Assembly: GCA_963662545.2 (NCBI GenBank)
Contig: CAXXLL010000002.1
Span: 1,792,001 to 1,856,000, forward strand
DNA: 64,000 bases
Direction of reading: 5' to 3'
From: Gammaproteobacteria bacterium
GTDB taxonomy: Bacteria > Pseudomonadota > Gammaproteobacteria > Ga0077536
Shown: positions 55,356 to 64,000 of the stretch, piece by piece
How the letters are laid out: every line of letters starts with the position of its first letter
Position numbering within the stretch: position 1 is the stretch's first letter
Made by a program: the position numbers and the translations under genes
Notes under the pieces: model-generated
What the model was told of the DNA's origin: nothing
Database searches by the model: none
Seen by the model: only the letters and a program-made list of their open reading frames with translations

Positions 55356-57386
55356 ATGAGCCGCTTCATGCTCGGTGTCGATGTCGGCAGGACGTTCACG
55401 GATTTCGTCGCCTACGATGTGGACACCCAAAAAGTTCGTGTCTGGAAAAATTTGACGACGCCCGATGACCCGACGACGGGCATTCTCGACGGGCTTAGCC
55501 GCATCGAGCCGGCGTCGATCGCGAATCTCCGGCTCGGCACCACGGTCGCGACCAACGCGATCCTCGAGCGCAAGGGGGCACGCGTGGCCTATATCGCGAC
55601 CCGGGGTTTCCGCGACATTCCGTTTCTGCAGCGTGGCAATCGCGCGCATCACTACGACAGCGGATGGATTAAACCCAAGCCGCTGGTCAAGCGTCGCGAC
55701 TGTTTCGAAGTGGACGAGCGCGTGATGAGCAGCGGCGAGGTGCTGGTGGACCTCGACGAGGACAGCGTGCGCCGGGTAGCCGAAAAGATTCGGATGGACG
55801 GCGGCATCGAGGCCGTGGCAGTCAATCTCCTGTTCTCTTACGTGCATCCCGATCACGAGCGCCGTGTGCGTGCCATTCTCGCAGATGAGCTCGGCGAGCT
55901 GCCGATTTCGATCTCGAGCGAGGTATTGCCCAAGTGGAAGGAATACGAACGTGCCTCGACGGTCTTGGCGGACGCCTACATCAAGCCCGTAGTACATCAC
56001 TATCTGCGCGATATGCGGGCGCGTTTTGCCGCCGCCGGCCTGAATGGAAACTGCGTCGTGATCAAGTCGAACGGCGGCGAAATGACGCTCGAAGCAGCCG
56101 CCGAGCAACCCATTCACCTGACACTTTCCGGGCCCACCGGCGGTGTAGTGGCCGCGCACCACATCGCGCGCGAATTGGGACTCGACCGCGTCGTGACCTT
56201 CGATATGGGCGGGACCTCGACGGATTGTTCGACGATCGTCGAGAACCAGATGAGCTTTACGACCAGCTTCGAGATCGAATTCGGCGTCCCGATCCAGATC
56301 CCGATGGCGGATATCCGCACGATTGGCGCGGGCGGCGGATCCATCGCCTGGGTCGACAAGGGCGGTATGTTACGGGTCGGGCCGCAGAGTGCGGGCGCTA
56401 ATCCCGGACCCGCGTGTTACAACTTCGGCGGTGCCGCCGCGACCGTGACCGATGCGAACCTCGTCCTGGGCCGCATCAATCCGGAGAATTTCCTCGGTGG
56501 GACGATGAAACTGGATAGGGCGAATGCGATCGACGCGATCGGTGACCTCGGCGATCGGATTGGGATGACCACGGAAAATACCGCGCTCGCCATATTGCGG
56601 ATCGTCAACAACAACATGGTGGGGGCGCTCAGGACCGTACTGATCGAACGGGGACTAGACCCGCGCGACTTTGCAATGCTCGCCTTCGGCGGCGCTGGAC
56701 CGTTGCATACCGCCGATCTCATGTTTGAAGCGGGGATTCCGACCGGCGTCGTGCCGATACATCCCGGACAGTTTTCCGCTTTGGGCTTTACCTTGGCGGA
56801 CGCGCGGGTTGACCTCGAACGTACCGTGCAGATGAACTCGCAGCATTTCGACATTGAACGCGCGAGCGAGCTTCTTCACGATCTTGTCGATACGGCGACT
56901 CGCAGCTTGACGGAGCAGGGCTATACGGGCGAGCTGCAGATTATCAAAACACTGGAACTCAGGTACCTGGGCCAGAACTACGAACTCGAAGTGCCATTTT
57001 CCTTCGACGCATTCTCGGCAGAGAATGCCGCCGAGGTGTGGGATAGTTTTCACGCCTTGCACGAGGCACGGTTCGGTTTCAATATTCCGCGTGAAGTCAT
57101 CGAGGTCATTACCATCAAGTGCACCGCGGTGTCGTCGACGGAGAAACCGGCGTTCACGCCGCTTGCAACTGCCGATCACGAGCCGGTACCGCTAACGACC
57201 CGTACAGTGTGGTTCGAGGAGGGCAGCTTTGATACGGCAGTCTACGATCGGCTGGACTTGAAAGCCGGTGATCGGATTACCGGGCCGGCATTGATCGAGG
57301 AGGCAGCATCTGTGACCGTGTTGCGCCCGGGACAAACCTTATCCGTCGCACCGCAAGGACATCTGATCCTGCGGCTTGAAAAATGA
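55356..57386 (+). CDS. Hydantoinase A / 5-oxoprolinase ATP-binding subunit
   Basis: 'DVGRTFTD' (variant of DxGGTFTD), 'GTTVATNA', 'EYER', 'SGPTGG', 'DMGGTSTD', 'IGAGGGSI', 'FGGAGPLH'. Confidence 0.9.
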   Translation: MSRFMLGVDVGRTFTDFVAYDVDTQKVRVWKNLTTPDDPTTGILDGLSRIEPASIANLRLGTTVATNAILERKGARVAYIATRGFRDIPFLQRGNRAHHYDSGWIKPKPLVKRRDCFEVDERVMSSGEVLVDLDEDSVRRVAEKIRMDGGIEAVAVNLLFSYVHPDHERRVRAILADELGELPISISSEVLPKWKEYERASTVLADAYIKPVVHHYLRDMRARFAAAGLNGNCVVIKSNGGEMTLEAAAEQPIHLTLSGPTGGVVAAHHIARELGLDRVVTFDMGGTSTDCSTIVENQMSFTTSFEIEFGVPIQIPMADIRTIGAGGGSIAWVDKGGMLRVGPQSAGANPGPACYNFGGAAATVTDANLVLGRINPENFLGGTMKLDRANAIDAIGDLGDRIGMTTENTALAILRIVNNNMVGALRTVLIERGLDPRDFAMLAFGGAGPLHTADLMFEAGIPTGVVPIHPGQFSALGFTLADARVDLERTVQMNSQHFDIERASELLHDLVDTATRSLTEQGYTGELQIIKTLELRYLGQNYELEVPFSFDAFSAENAAEVWDSFHALHEARFGFNIPREVIEVITIKCTAVSSTEKPAFTPLATADHEPVPLTTRTVWFEEGSFDTAVYDRLDLKAGDRITGPALIEEAASVTVLRPGQTLSVAPQGHLILRLEK

Positions 57387-57442
57387 TTGTCCCGATTCGG
57401 TACAGGTGATTACCAGGCTGTCAATACAACTGGAGGCCACTG

Positions 57443-59152
57443 ATGTCTGCAACTCGCAAATTAGACCTCGTCACCATGAACATCGTCGAAAATACGATGG
57501 TGTCGATCTGCCGCGAAATGGGCATTACCTTGATGAAGACGTCTTATTCGACGATCTTCAACGAAGCACTCGATTTTACCTGCGCGATCGCATCGCCGCG
57601 TGGCGAAATGCTCGCCGTCGCCGAATTCTGCCCTGCTCAAATCGGCGGCATGCCTCTGTTGATCAAATCGTGTCTGGAAGAGATCCCTTTATCGGAGATC
57701 GAACCGGGTGACGTTCTCGTGCACAACGACCCCTATCGGGGCGGCTTGCATACACCCGAACACACGCTGTTCTGCCCGGTCTACGTGGATGACGAATTGA
57801 TCGCTTTCACCGTTGCGATCGGTCACATCGCCGAAGTGGGCGGCATGGTACCAGGTGGTTTTCCCGCGGAAGCGACCGAGATCTTCCACGAGGGTATCCG
57901 GGTTCCCCCGGTCAAGATCAAAAAGCGTGGCGAGGACGTACCGGAAGTCTGGAAAATCTGGCTCGCGAACGTCCGCACGCCGCGCTACAACTACGGCGAC
58001 ATGCGGGCGTTGATATCGGGCGTCGAGATCGGTGTCCGCCGCCTGCAGGACACGGTAGCCAAGTACGGGCGTGAAGCATTCAAATCGATCTGCGGGGATC
58101 TGATGGATTATGCCGAAGCCCGCATGCGCGCGGAGATCGCCGAGATTCCGGATGGCAAATACAGCTTCGTCGATTACATGGACAACGACGGCGTATCGGA
58201 ATCTGAAATCCGCATAGAAGCGCACTGCTACGTACAGAAAGACGAAATCGTGGTCGATTACACCGGCAGTACGGCACAGGTCTCCGGCCCCATCAACGCC
58301 ACGCTCGGAGTCGCCTGGTCGGCCGCCTACAATGCCATCTTGCACTTGACCGATCCCTCGATCCCGAAAAATTCCGGGTGCTTCCGGCCCATTCGCATCG
58401 TCGCGCCGCAGGGTACGATCGTGAACGTCGACTATCCTGCGCCGGAAGTCGGCGGCAACACCGAGACCCACCCGCGGATTGCGGGCGCGGTCATCGGCGC
58501 GCTCGCGCAGGCTGCGCCGCAGCGCGCAATGGCTGGCGAAGGCGGTACCCATCTCAATTTCGTCTTCGGGGGGATCGATCGAAAACACGACGAATATTTC
58601 GCGTGTTATGACATCGAAACGGTCGGCTGGGGCGCGCGTCCGTTTGCCGACGGTAACGACGCTACCGATTCGATCAATGGCAATTGCCGGTTCATGCCGG
58701 TCGAAGTTTACGAGACACGCTATCCGTGGCTGACGGAGGAGTTCTGCCTGCGCGCCGATTCCGGCGGCGCCGGCGAATTTCGCGGCGGTCTCGGTACCCA
58801 GAAGACCTGGCGCTGTCTCGACGCCGAAATCACTTGCAGCCAATTGACCGATCGCCACGTCCACCAGGCCTGGGGGTTCGACGGTGGGCGTCCCGGTGCG
58901 ACCGGCAATACGTTGTTCATGCAGGCCGGCAAAACCAACTGGCAGACGATGGTCGAGGCCTTCGGCAAGAGTTCGACCAGCAAGTGGTCGAACGTGGTGA
59001 TCAAGCCCGGCGATCGAGTGCGTCTCATGACGCCGGGCGGGGGCGGCTGGGGCGCTCCCGGCAAGCGCAAGCGCGAGTTTATCGACGAAAATCTGGCCGA
59101 AGGCTGGATTACGCTCGAACGCGCACGTAATGATTACGATAGCGATGCGTAG
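57443..59152 (+). CDS. Hydantoinase B / 5-oxoprolinase catalytic subunit
   Basis: 'HNDPYRGGLHTPE', 'GHIAEVGG', 'EIFHEG', 'DSGGAGEFRGG', 'TPGGGGWG'. Confidence 0.92.
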   Translation: MSATRKLDLVTMNIVENTMVSICREMGITLMKTSYSTIFNEALDFTCAIASPRGEMLAVAEFCPAQIGGMPLLIKSCLEEIPLSEIEPGDVLVHNDPYRGGLHTPEHTLFCPVYVDDELIAFTVAIGHIAEVGGMVPGGFPAEATEIFHEGIRVPPVKIKKRGEDVPEVWKIWLANVRTPRYNYGDMRALISGVEIGVRRLQDTVAKYGREAFKSICGDLMDYAEARMRAEIAEIPDGKYSFVDYMDNDGVSESEIRIEAHCYVQKDEIVVDYTGSTAQVSGPINATLGVAWSAAYNAILHLTDPSIPKNSGCFRPIRIVAPQGTIVNVDYPAPEVGGNTETHPRIAGAVIGALAQAAPQRAMAGEGGTHLNFVFGGIDRKHDEYFACYDIETVGWGARPFADGNDATDSINGNCRFMPVEVYETRYPWLTEEFCLRADSGGAGEFRGGLGTQKTWRCLDAEITCSQLTDRHVHQAWGFDGGRPGATGNTLFMQAGKTNWQTMVEAFGKSSTSKWSNVVIKPGDRVRLMTPGGGGWGAPGKRKREFIDENLAEGWITLERARNDYDSDA

Positions 59153-59242
59153 GGCACCGCGCGCGGAACGTCGGTGAGCCGATATTCGCGCGCAAGCGCG
59201 CTCCTACAAAAGGCTCGGATGTAGGAGCCCGTTCGCGGGGGA
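59149..59242. repeat. GTAG-type REP-like palindromic elements between convergent genes
   Basis: TCGCGCGCAAGCGCGCTCCTAC (reverse complement GTAGGAGCGCGCTTGCGCGCGA) at 59186-59207, GTAGGAGCCCGTTCGCGGGGGA at 59221-59242, and a degenerate GTAGGGC copy at 59149. Confidence 0.6.
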
Positions 59243-59243
59243 T

Positions 59244-60245
59244 TCAACCAAGCAGCTCGGTCAGAGCCACATCGATGAACGCATTGTCCGCAGTGTCGAT
59301 ACCGAAGCCTGCGCCGTGCCCCCATTTCGACTCGATCGGGCGCAGTTCGGCGTTCGGCATTTTCGAGACTTCATAAGCGCTGTCGGGCACGCGGAAATAG
59401 AGATCGGTATCACCGGGCATGACGATCGCGCGACAGGTAATGCCCGCCAGAGCCTGATCGAAGTTACCGTTGTAGCGATCGTTCGCACTGATGTCGCCGG
59501 TCATCCAGGTGCGTGCCATTGCGATCAGGTCATTCGCATCGTTTTGCAGGAAATAATTCTGGGTGAACTTGACGACGTCGTCCCGCGAACGCAGTCCGAT
59601 CTGCTCGTAGAGTTTCTCGCGGAAGAAATCCTGCGAAAAGAGCCAGCCGGCGTAAACATGACCGAAGGCGAGAATGCCGCGGATGGGTGGTGATTCGTAC
59701 CACCCCTCGTTAAACGCCGGATCAAGTTCGAGTGCATTGACGGCGCTGTCGACAAATACGAAATTATGTTCCGAGATCCGCGCCGAGCAGCAGATTGGCG
59801 CGATCGCCTCGACCCGGTCCGGGAACAGCGCGCCCCACTGGAAGGACTGCATCCCGCCCATCGAAAAGCCGCTGACAAGCTTGATCCGTTTGATTCCCAG
59901 ATGATCGAAAACGAGTTTTTGCTGGCACATCACGTCATCGTAAAGCGTCGTCAGCGGAAAGGCGCCGCGCCCGTAAGGTGCGGGCGTACTGCTGGGCGAG
60001 GTCGAATAGCCGTTGCCGAGCATATTCGGAATGACGACAAAGTATTTTTCGATATCGATCGCGCGGCCTTTCGCAATCATGTACTCGGTTTCCGTGTGCC
60101 GGCCACCGTAAAAGGTCGGGATCACGACCGCATTGTCGGCCGCGCTCGACAACTTGCCGTAGGTTTTGTACGCCAGTTTTACGTCGAGCGTAATGCCACT
60201 CTGAGTAGTGAACTGTGGGATTTCGAGAATTTGATAATCACTCAT
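59244..60245 (-). CDS. Homoserine O-acetyltransferase (MetX)-like alpha/beta hydrolase
   Basis: 'LAYKTYGKL', 'NMLGNG', GFSMGG, 'DLYF', 'WGH'. Resembles the short MetX-like hydrolase subfamily, not necessarily Met biosynthesis. Confidence 0.8.
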   Translation of the reverse strand: MSDYQILEIPQFTTQSGITLDVKLAYKTYGKLSSAADNAVVIPTFYGGRHTETEYMIAKGRAIDIEKYFVVIPNMLGNGYSTSPSSTPAPYGRGAFPLTTLYDDVMCQQKLVFDHLGIKRIKLVSGFSMGGMQSFQWGALFPDRVEAIAPICCSARISEHNFVFVDSAVNALELDPAFNEGWYESPPIRGILAFGHVYAGWLFSQDFFREKLYEQIGLRSRDDVVKFTQNYFLQNDANDLIAMARTWMTGDISANDRYNGNFDQALAGITCRAIVMPGDTDLYFRVPDSAYEVSKMPNAELRPIESKWGHGAGFGIDTADNAFIDVALTELLG

Positions 60246-60554
60246 CGTCCATTTCCCCATCAGGTGATCTCGTTGCAATGCAAGCCAGCCCCGCGGCGGA
60301 GAAGCGCATCTGGGACACCCGCAATGCTTACCCCATGCCGGCGTTGACTACGGGTCAAGTTTACAGCTTTCTGGAACCCGCGGTGCCATATCTCGGGCAA
60401 CTTGCGCGACCCTAGCCAATTGGTGACCGCACACGACAGGAAATGCGCTTAACACCGGATTCGGTATAAAAGGAAAAACACTCCCGCCGCGAGCAGGTAG
60501 GGGTTAAACTTGAACGCCAGCAACGTCGATGCGCTTAAATGCCGGATTTCTTTA

Positions 60555-61793
60555 ATGACTGCATACATGACACATGCATTGCCTGACATCGTGTTGACCG
60601 ATCACCTTCGAGGCATCCTGGATCAACTCGATGAATCCATCACTGATCTCGAATCCTGCATCTCCCTCCCGCCAGAAGTGTATACCTCCGAAGCGTGGTT
60701 CGAATTTGAGAAGCGGGCGGTATGGGACCGCGAATGGATCTGTGTCGGGCATGTCGGACACATTCCCGAAACGGGCGACTACACGTCGATCACTATCAAC
60801 GATGATCCGCTGCTGGTATTGCGCGGCTTAGAAGGGGAAATACGCGTCATGTCGGCGGTTTGCCAGCACCGCGGCCACCTGCTCGGCGAAGCCAGCGGCA
60901 ATACCCGGGTGTTCACCTGTCCGTTTCACGCCTGGTCCTACGATCTTGAAGGCAGGCTCTTGAGCGCACCCGAAATGAAGGCGCATGCGTCACTGGACGA
61001 ACTTCGGAAAACGTTTTGCCTACCGCGCTTGTGCGTGGAGATTTGGCAAGGTTTCATTTTCGTCAACATAGATGGCAACGCGCCGCCGCTCGGCGCGAGA
61101 CTCAAGCGGCTGTCGAAGGAAATTGCGAATCATCACCTGGGCGAGATGGGGGCAACGCCGACGGTAGACTGGCCGGACAATCCATGGAACTGGAAATTTA
61201 TGCATGAAAACGCGATTGAACCCCACCATACCGGCTACTTACACAAGGGACCACACGATTTCGCCCCGCCGCGCCTGGCGAGTTTCTTCGCGTGGAACGA
61301 GCAAGACGATGGCGCGATATTTCATCCGACCGGTTTCCTGACCAGGGACGCCAACTTCACCGCGGGGTTTCGCTGCCTATTCCCAATCATCGAAACGCTG
61401 ACCGATGCAGAACGACAGCGGGTCATGTTTGCATGCGTTCTGCCGAACCTGTTTTTCGGCTGTGTCCCAGACGGCTGTTTCTATTACTGGATTCTGCCGC
61501 AAGGCGTCGGCGCACTCACCCTGCGCGTAGGGTTTTTGTACCCTCATTCGACGCTGCACATGGATAACTTTGATGTCACTCTGAAAGCCGTGATCGACGG
61601 CATATCCATTTATAACGATCAGGATACGATCGCAAATACTTCGGTTCACAAAGGCCTCAAATCTAGGTTCGCCAATCGCGGGCGATATGGCCCGAAGGAA
61701 GCGACACTGCAGCAGATGAACCGCTGGTTAGTGAAGCGATACCGTGAATATGCCGAAGACCTTATGGCCATCCGGAGCGCGGATGATCGATGA
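60555..61793 (+). CDS. Rieske non-heme iron oxygenase alpha subunit
   Basis: Rieske motifs 'CQHRG' and 'CPFHAWSY'; mononuclear site 'NWK..ENAIEPHHTGYLH' and 'DQD'. Start 60555 or 60567. Confidence 0.92.
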   Translation: MTAYMTHALPDIVLTDHLRGILDQLDESITDLESCISLPPEVYTSEAWFEFEKRAVWDREWICVGHVGHIPETGDYTSITINDDPLLVLRGLEGEIRVMSAVCQHRGHLLGEASGNTRVFTCPFHAWSYDLEGRLLSAPEMKAHASLDELRKTFCLPRLCVEIWQGFIFVNIDGNAPPLGARLKRLSKEIANHHLGEMGATPTVDWPDNPWNWKFMHENAIEPHHTGYLHKGPHDFAPPRLASFFAWNEQDDGAIFHPTGFLTRDANFTAGFRCLFPIIETLTDAERQRVMFACVLPNLFFGCVPDGCFYYWILPQGVGALTLRVGFLYPHSTLHMDNFDVTLKAVIDGISIYNDQDTIANTSVHKGLKSRFANRGRYGPKEATLQQMNRWLVKRYREYAEDLMAIRSADDR

Positions 61794-61806
61794 CGGTCCT
61801 AGGGAT

Positions 61807-62559
61807 ATGGCCATGAGCGACCGCGAACTCGAACGGATCAAGGATCGCCTGGACGACCTCGAAGCGCGGCTGCAGGACATCGAAGATCGCGATGCGATCG
61901 TGACCTTAATAGTCGATTATGCGCGAGCCTGCGATCAAGGAAACGACCCCTTGCTCCTCGACCCATTGTTTACGGAAGACGCCGTGTGGGAATGCGGGGG
62001 TTTCGGGCGTTACGAGGGAAGGGCGCGGCTCTGTTCGGCATTGCAAGGGATAGCCGCAGAGAAGATCTGGTGGTCACTGCACTACATGATCTCGCCCAGG
62101 ATCGAAATTGACGCCGACAATGACTGCGCGACCGCCTTTTGGTACCTGTGGGAGTCGGCGACGATTCCCGACAGCGCCACTGACAAGCCGGAACCCCATT
62201 GGATCGGCGCCACCTATGACGCGATCGTCGTCAAGCAGGCGGGGCGGTGGTTGTTCCAGTCGATGCAACTAAACCTCAACATGGTCAGTCCTTACTCAGA
62301 CGGATGGGTCAAGCGCCCATTTCCAGAGGGCGGCGCCAATCTTCCGTATTTTCAAAAAACGGAACCGGGTAACTATGCCTGGTGCGCGTGCGGTCGCTCG
62401 AAGAGACAACCTTTTTGCGACGGCTCGCATAGAGACACGGCTGTCCAACCGTGCAGATTTAACGTTGAATCCGAGAAGCTACTGGCTCTGTGCGGTTGCA
62501 AGCGCACCGCAACGCCCCCCTATTGCGACGGGACGCATATGGACCTGGATTTCGATTAG
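61807..62559 (+). CDS. NTF2/SnoaL-like (LinA/BaiE-type) domain fused to two CDGSH iron-sulfur motifs
   Basis: 'EDRDAI..YARACD..LFTEDAVW..SLHY..GRWLF' followed by 'WCACGRSKRQPFCDGSH' and 'LCGCKRTATPPYCDGTH'. Confidence 0.85.
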   Translation: MAMSDRELERIKDRLDDLEARLQDIEDRDAIVTLIVDYARACDQGNDPLLLDPLFTEDAVWECGGFGRYEGRARLCSALQGIAAEKIWWSLHYMISPRIEIDADNDCATAFWYLWESATIPDSATDKPEPHWIGATYDAIVVKQAGRWLFQSMQLNLNMVSPYSDGWVKRPFPEGGANLPYFQKTEPGNYAWCACGRSKRQPFCDGSHRDTAVQPCRFNVESEKLLALCGCKRTATPPYCDGTHMDLDFD

Positions 62560-62569
62560 AAGTGGTCTC

Positions 62570-63613
62570 ATGGCACGTTCGAGCTTTTTCGCCGAATCAA
62601 CCACTGCGAACCGTCCCGTCGACGAGGTTTTCGAACAGTCGAATGCATTGTTCGCACGGCTGAAACACCCGCGGCAAGAACCGGCTGATGGAGAACATGT
62701 CTGCGTCCATGCCAGTTTCGAAAGCGCCGAATACATCCGCGCCTTCTGGCCTCACCTACGACGTCTGATCGACGCGGATCCGCGTAAGCTCGGATTGAGC
62801 GTCGAGCAACCCGGCGGCCGCCTCGAAGTAGGTGAGATCCAACGATCGATATCGGACAGAGGTGCTTCTCTCGGCAACGAAACCGAAGTCCGGCTCATGA
62901 TGACGACCATTGCGCCGCTGACGATGATGAGCAGGATCCTGAATGAGGCAACCGACGGTTTTGCAGCGGACTTGTCATCGGGTCGCGGACGATGTCCGTT
63001 GGCGTTCGAGCTGGATCCCGAGCGTTTCGTGTCGCTGCGCACGCTTTTTCCGCGGAAGGATCGACAGGGTAAGGTCGGCGGTAACGCGCCGACCCTGGTG
63101 ATGGGAGGTACCGCGACGGCCGTGGCGATGTGCTGGAATTTACTACATCGCATGCCGCGCGCTTATTACGAATGTGAACAGATCGAACTCGATCGCGACA
63201 CGGCTGAGCAGATCTGGGCGCAGACGCGCGAACTGATCTTTCGGATAGGCGGCGGCAGCCTGGCCGCTTTCGTAGCCCTCGCGAGTGCCTGCTCCTCCAA
63301 TGCGGCGGCGCTAAAGTGGGACGGCGCCAAGGATCTTGGGCTCGCGACCTCGGCGGGGCGCTATGAATGGACCATGAATAGTGCCCTTCTCGGACGTTTT
63401 GATGAAATTCTGACGACGGTCAGGGAATCGCAGAAGGGTCATTACGTCGGCTGTGCGGCCCTGTTCGCACGTGCTGAACCGCTACCCTTGTCACCCGATT
63501 TTGCCGACGCCGTTTCCGACGACAGGGAGCCGACGGTTTTTTCTGAACTCATTCGATGGATCACTGCGGTCGCGCGTGCCGAATATTTTCCGCAATTCGA
63601 AAATCGCGGATGA
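62570..63613 (+). CDS. Hypothetical protein (347 aa)
   Basis: Long ORF starting 10 bp after the CDGSH fusion gene; no recognised motif. Confidence 0.7.
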   Translation: MARSSFFAESTTANRPVDEVFEQSNALFARLKHPRQEPADGEHVCVHASFESAEYIRAFWPHLRRLIDADPRKLGLSVEQPGGRLEVGEIQRSISDRGASLGNETEVRLMMTTIAPLTMMSRILNEATDGFAADLSSGRGRCPLAFELDPERFVSLRTLFPRKDRQGKVGGNAPTLVMGGTATAVAMCWNLLHRMPRAYYECEQIELDRDTAEQIWAQTRELIFRIGGGSLAAFVALASACSSNAAALKWDGAKDLGLATSAGRYEWTMNSALLGRFDEILTTVRESQKGHYVGCAALFARAEPLPLSPDFADAVSDDREPTVFSELIRWITAVARAEYFPQFENRG

Positions 63614-63744
63614 ACCGAGTGCTCGCCCACATAACGGAGTCGGTCAACAGGACACGCGTCATCCAGACGCTGTATGAAACATCGCTTGAAAAGAATCGGT
63701 GAAAACGAGAATTGCGGTTTGGGTCGACCGGTTCGGCTGGAACC

Positions 63745-63999
63745 CTATCGATAGGCGGAAACGGCCTTACGGCCCTTCACGATTCGTTTAATTTCGGACC
63801 TTGTGGCGTCGCGTGTTTCGATGGCTGCACTGCGTACCCGCTCGATGAGATGCTGCGCGCTTTTGAACTGCGTTTGCACGCTGTGAGCGTCAGCCCGTGG
63901 CGCTGCGCGGAGCAAAGTCGAAAATTCTCCTGCAAGCAATCTGACCGCATGCCAATCAGCGGACTCCATGGCCTGTTCGAGGGCCCCGGCTTTTTCGTC
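63745..63999 (-). CDS. Flagellar chaperone FliT-like protein, partial (5' end outside window)
   Basis: Frame open to window end; helical 'EQAMESADW' and C-terminal 'KGRKAVSAY' resemble FliT. Confidence 0.55.
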   Translation of the reverse strand, partial: DEKAGALEQAMESADWHAVRLLAGEFSTLLRAAPRADAHSVQTQFKSAQHLIERVRSAAIETRDATRSEIKRIVKGRKAVSAYR

Positions 64000-64000
64000 G

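Noticed and set aside
57689-58864. 391-aa minus-strand ORF
   Set aside because: Antisense shadow of hydantoinase B.

Overview
GC-rich (roughly 60%) proteobacterial chromosomal segment, probably gammaproteobacterial (tentative). I found no rRNA, tRNA, CRISPR array or transposase. The first 15.4 kb is a complete sulfur-oxidising heterodisulfide-reductase-like (sHdr-LbpA) locus: divergent tusA, lipoate-assembly genes lipS1-lipT-lipS2-slpl(AB)-lipX, an interrupted VOC gene, then dsrE3-shdrC1B1AHC2B2-shdrI-lbpA-soxT. No sox or ArsR regulator gene lies in the window. The middle holds putA, a diguanylate cyclase, DmeF, two luciferase-like monooxygenases, a possible amino-lipid synthesis/modification cluster containing a 3x66-bp hairpin repeat, GSTs, ABC exporters, lemA-M48 peptidase, and a PEP-CTERM-like surface protein (frameshifted by a 38-bp duplication) next to a phosphodiesterase-TPR-sulfotransferase fusion. 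The last ~14 kb looks like an amine/amide/N-heterocycle catabolic region: BCAT, a putative (R)-selective transaminase, a porin, hydantoinase A/B, a MetX-like hydrolase and a Rieske oxygenase operon whose second gene fuses an NTF2/SnoaL domain to two CDGSH [2Fe-2S] motifs. That operon is my best candidate for an undescribed system. All calls come from motif recognition and synteny recalled from knowledge; no database searches were run.
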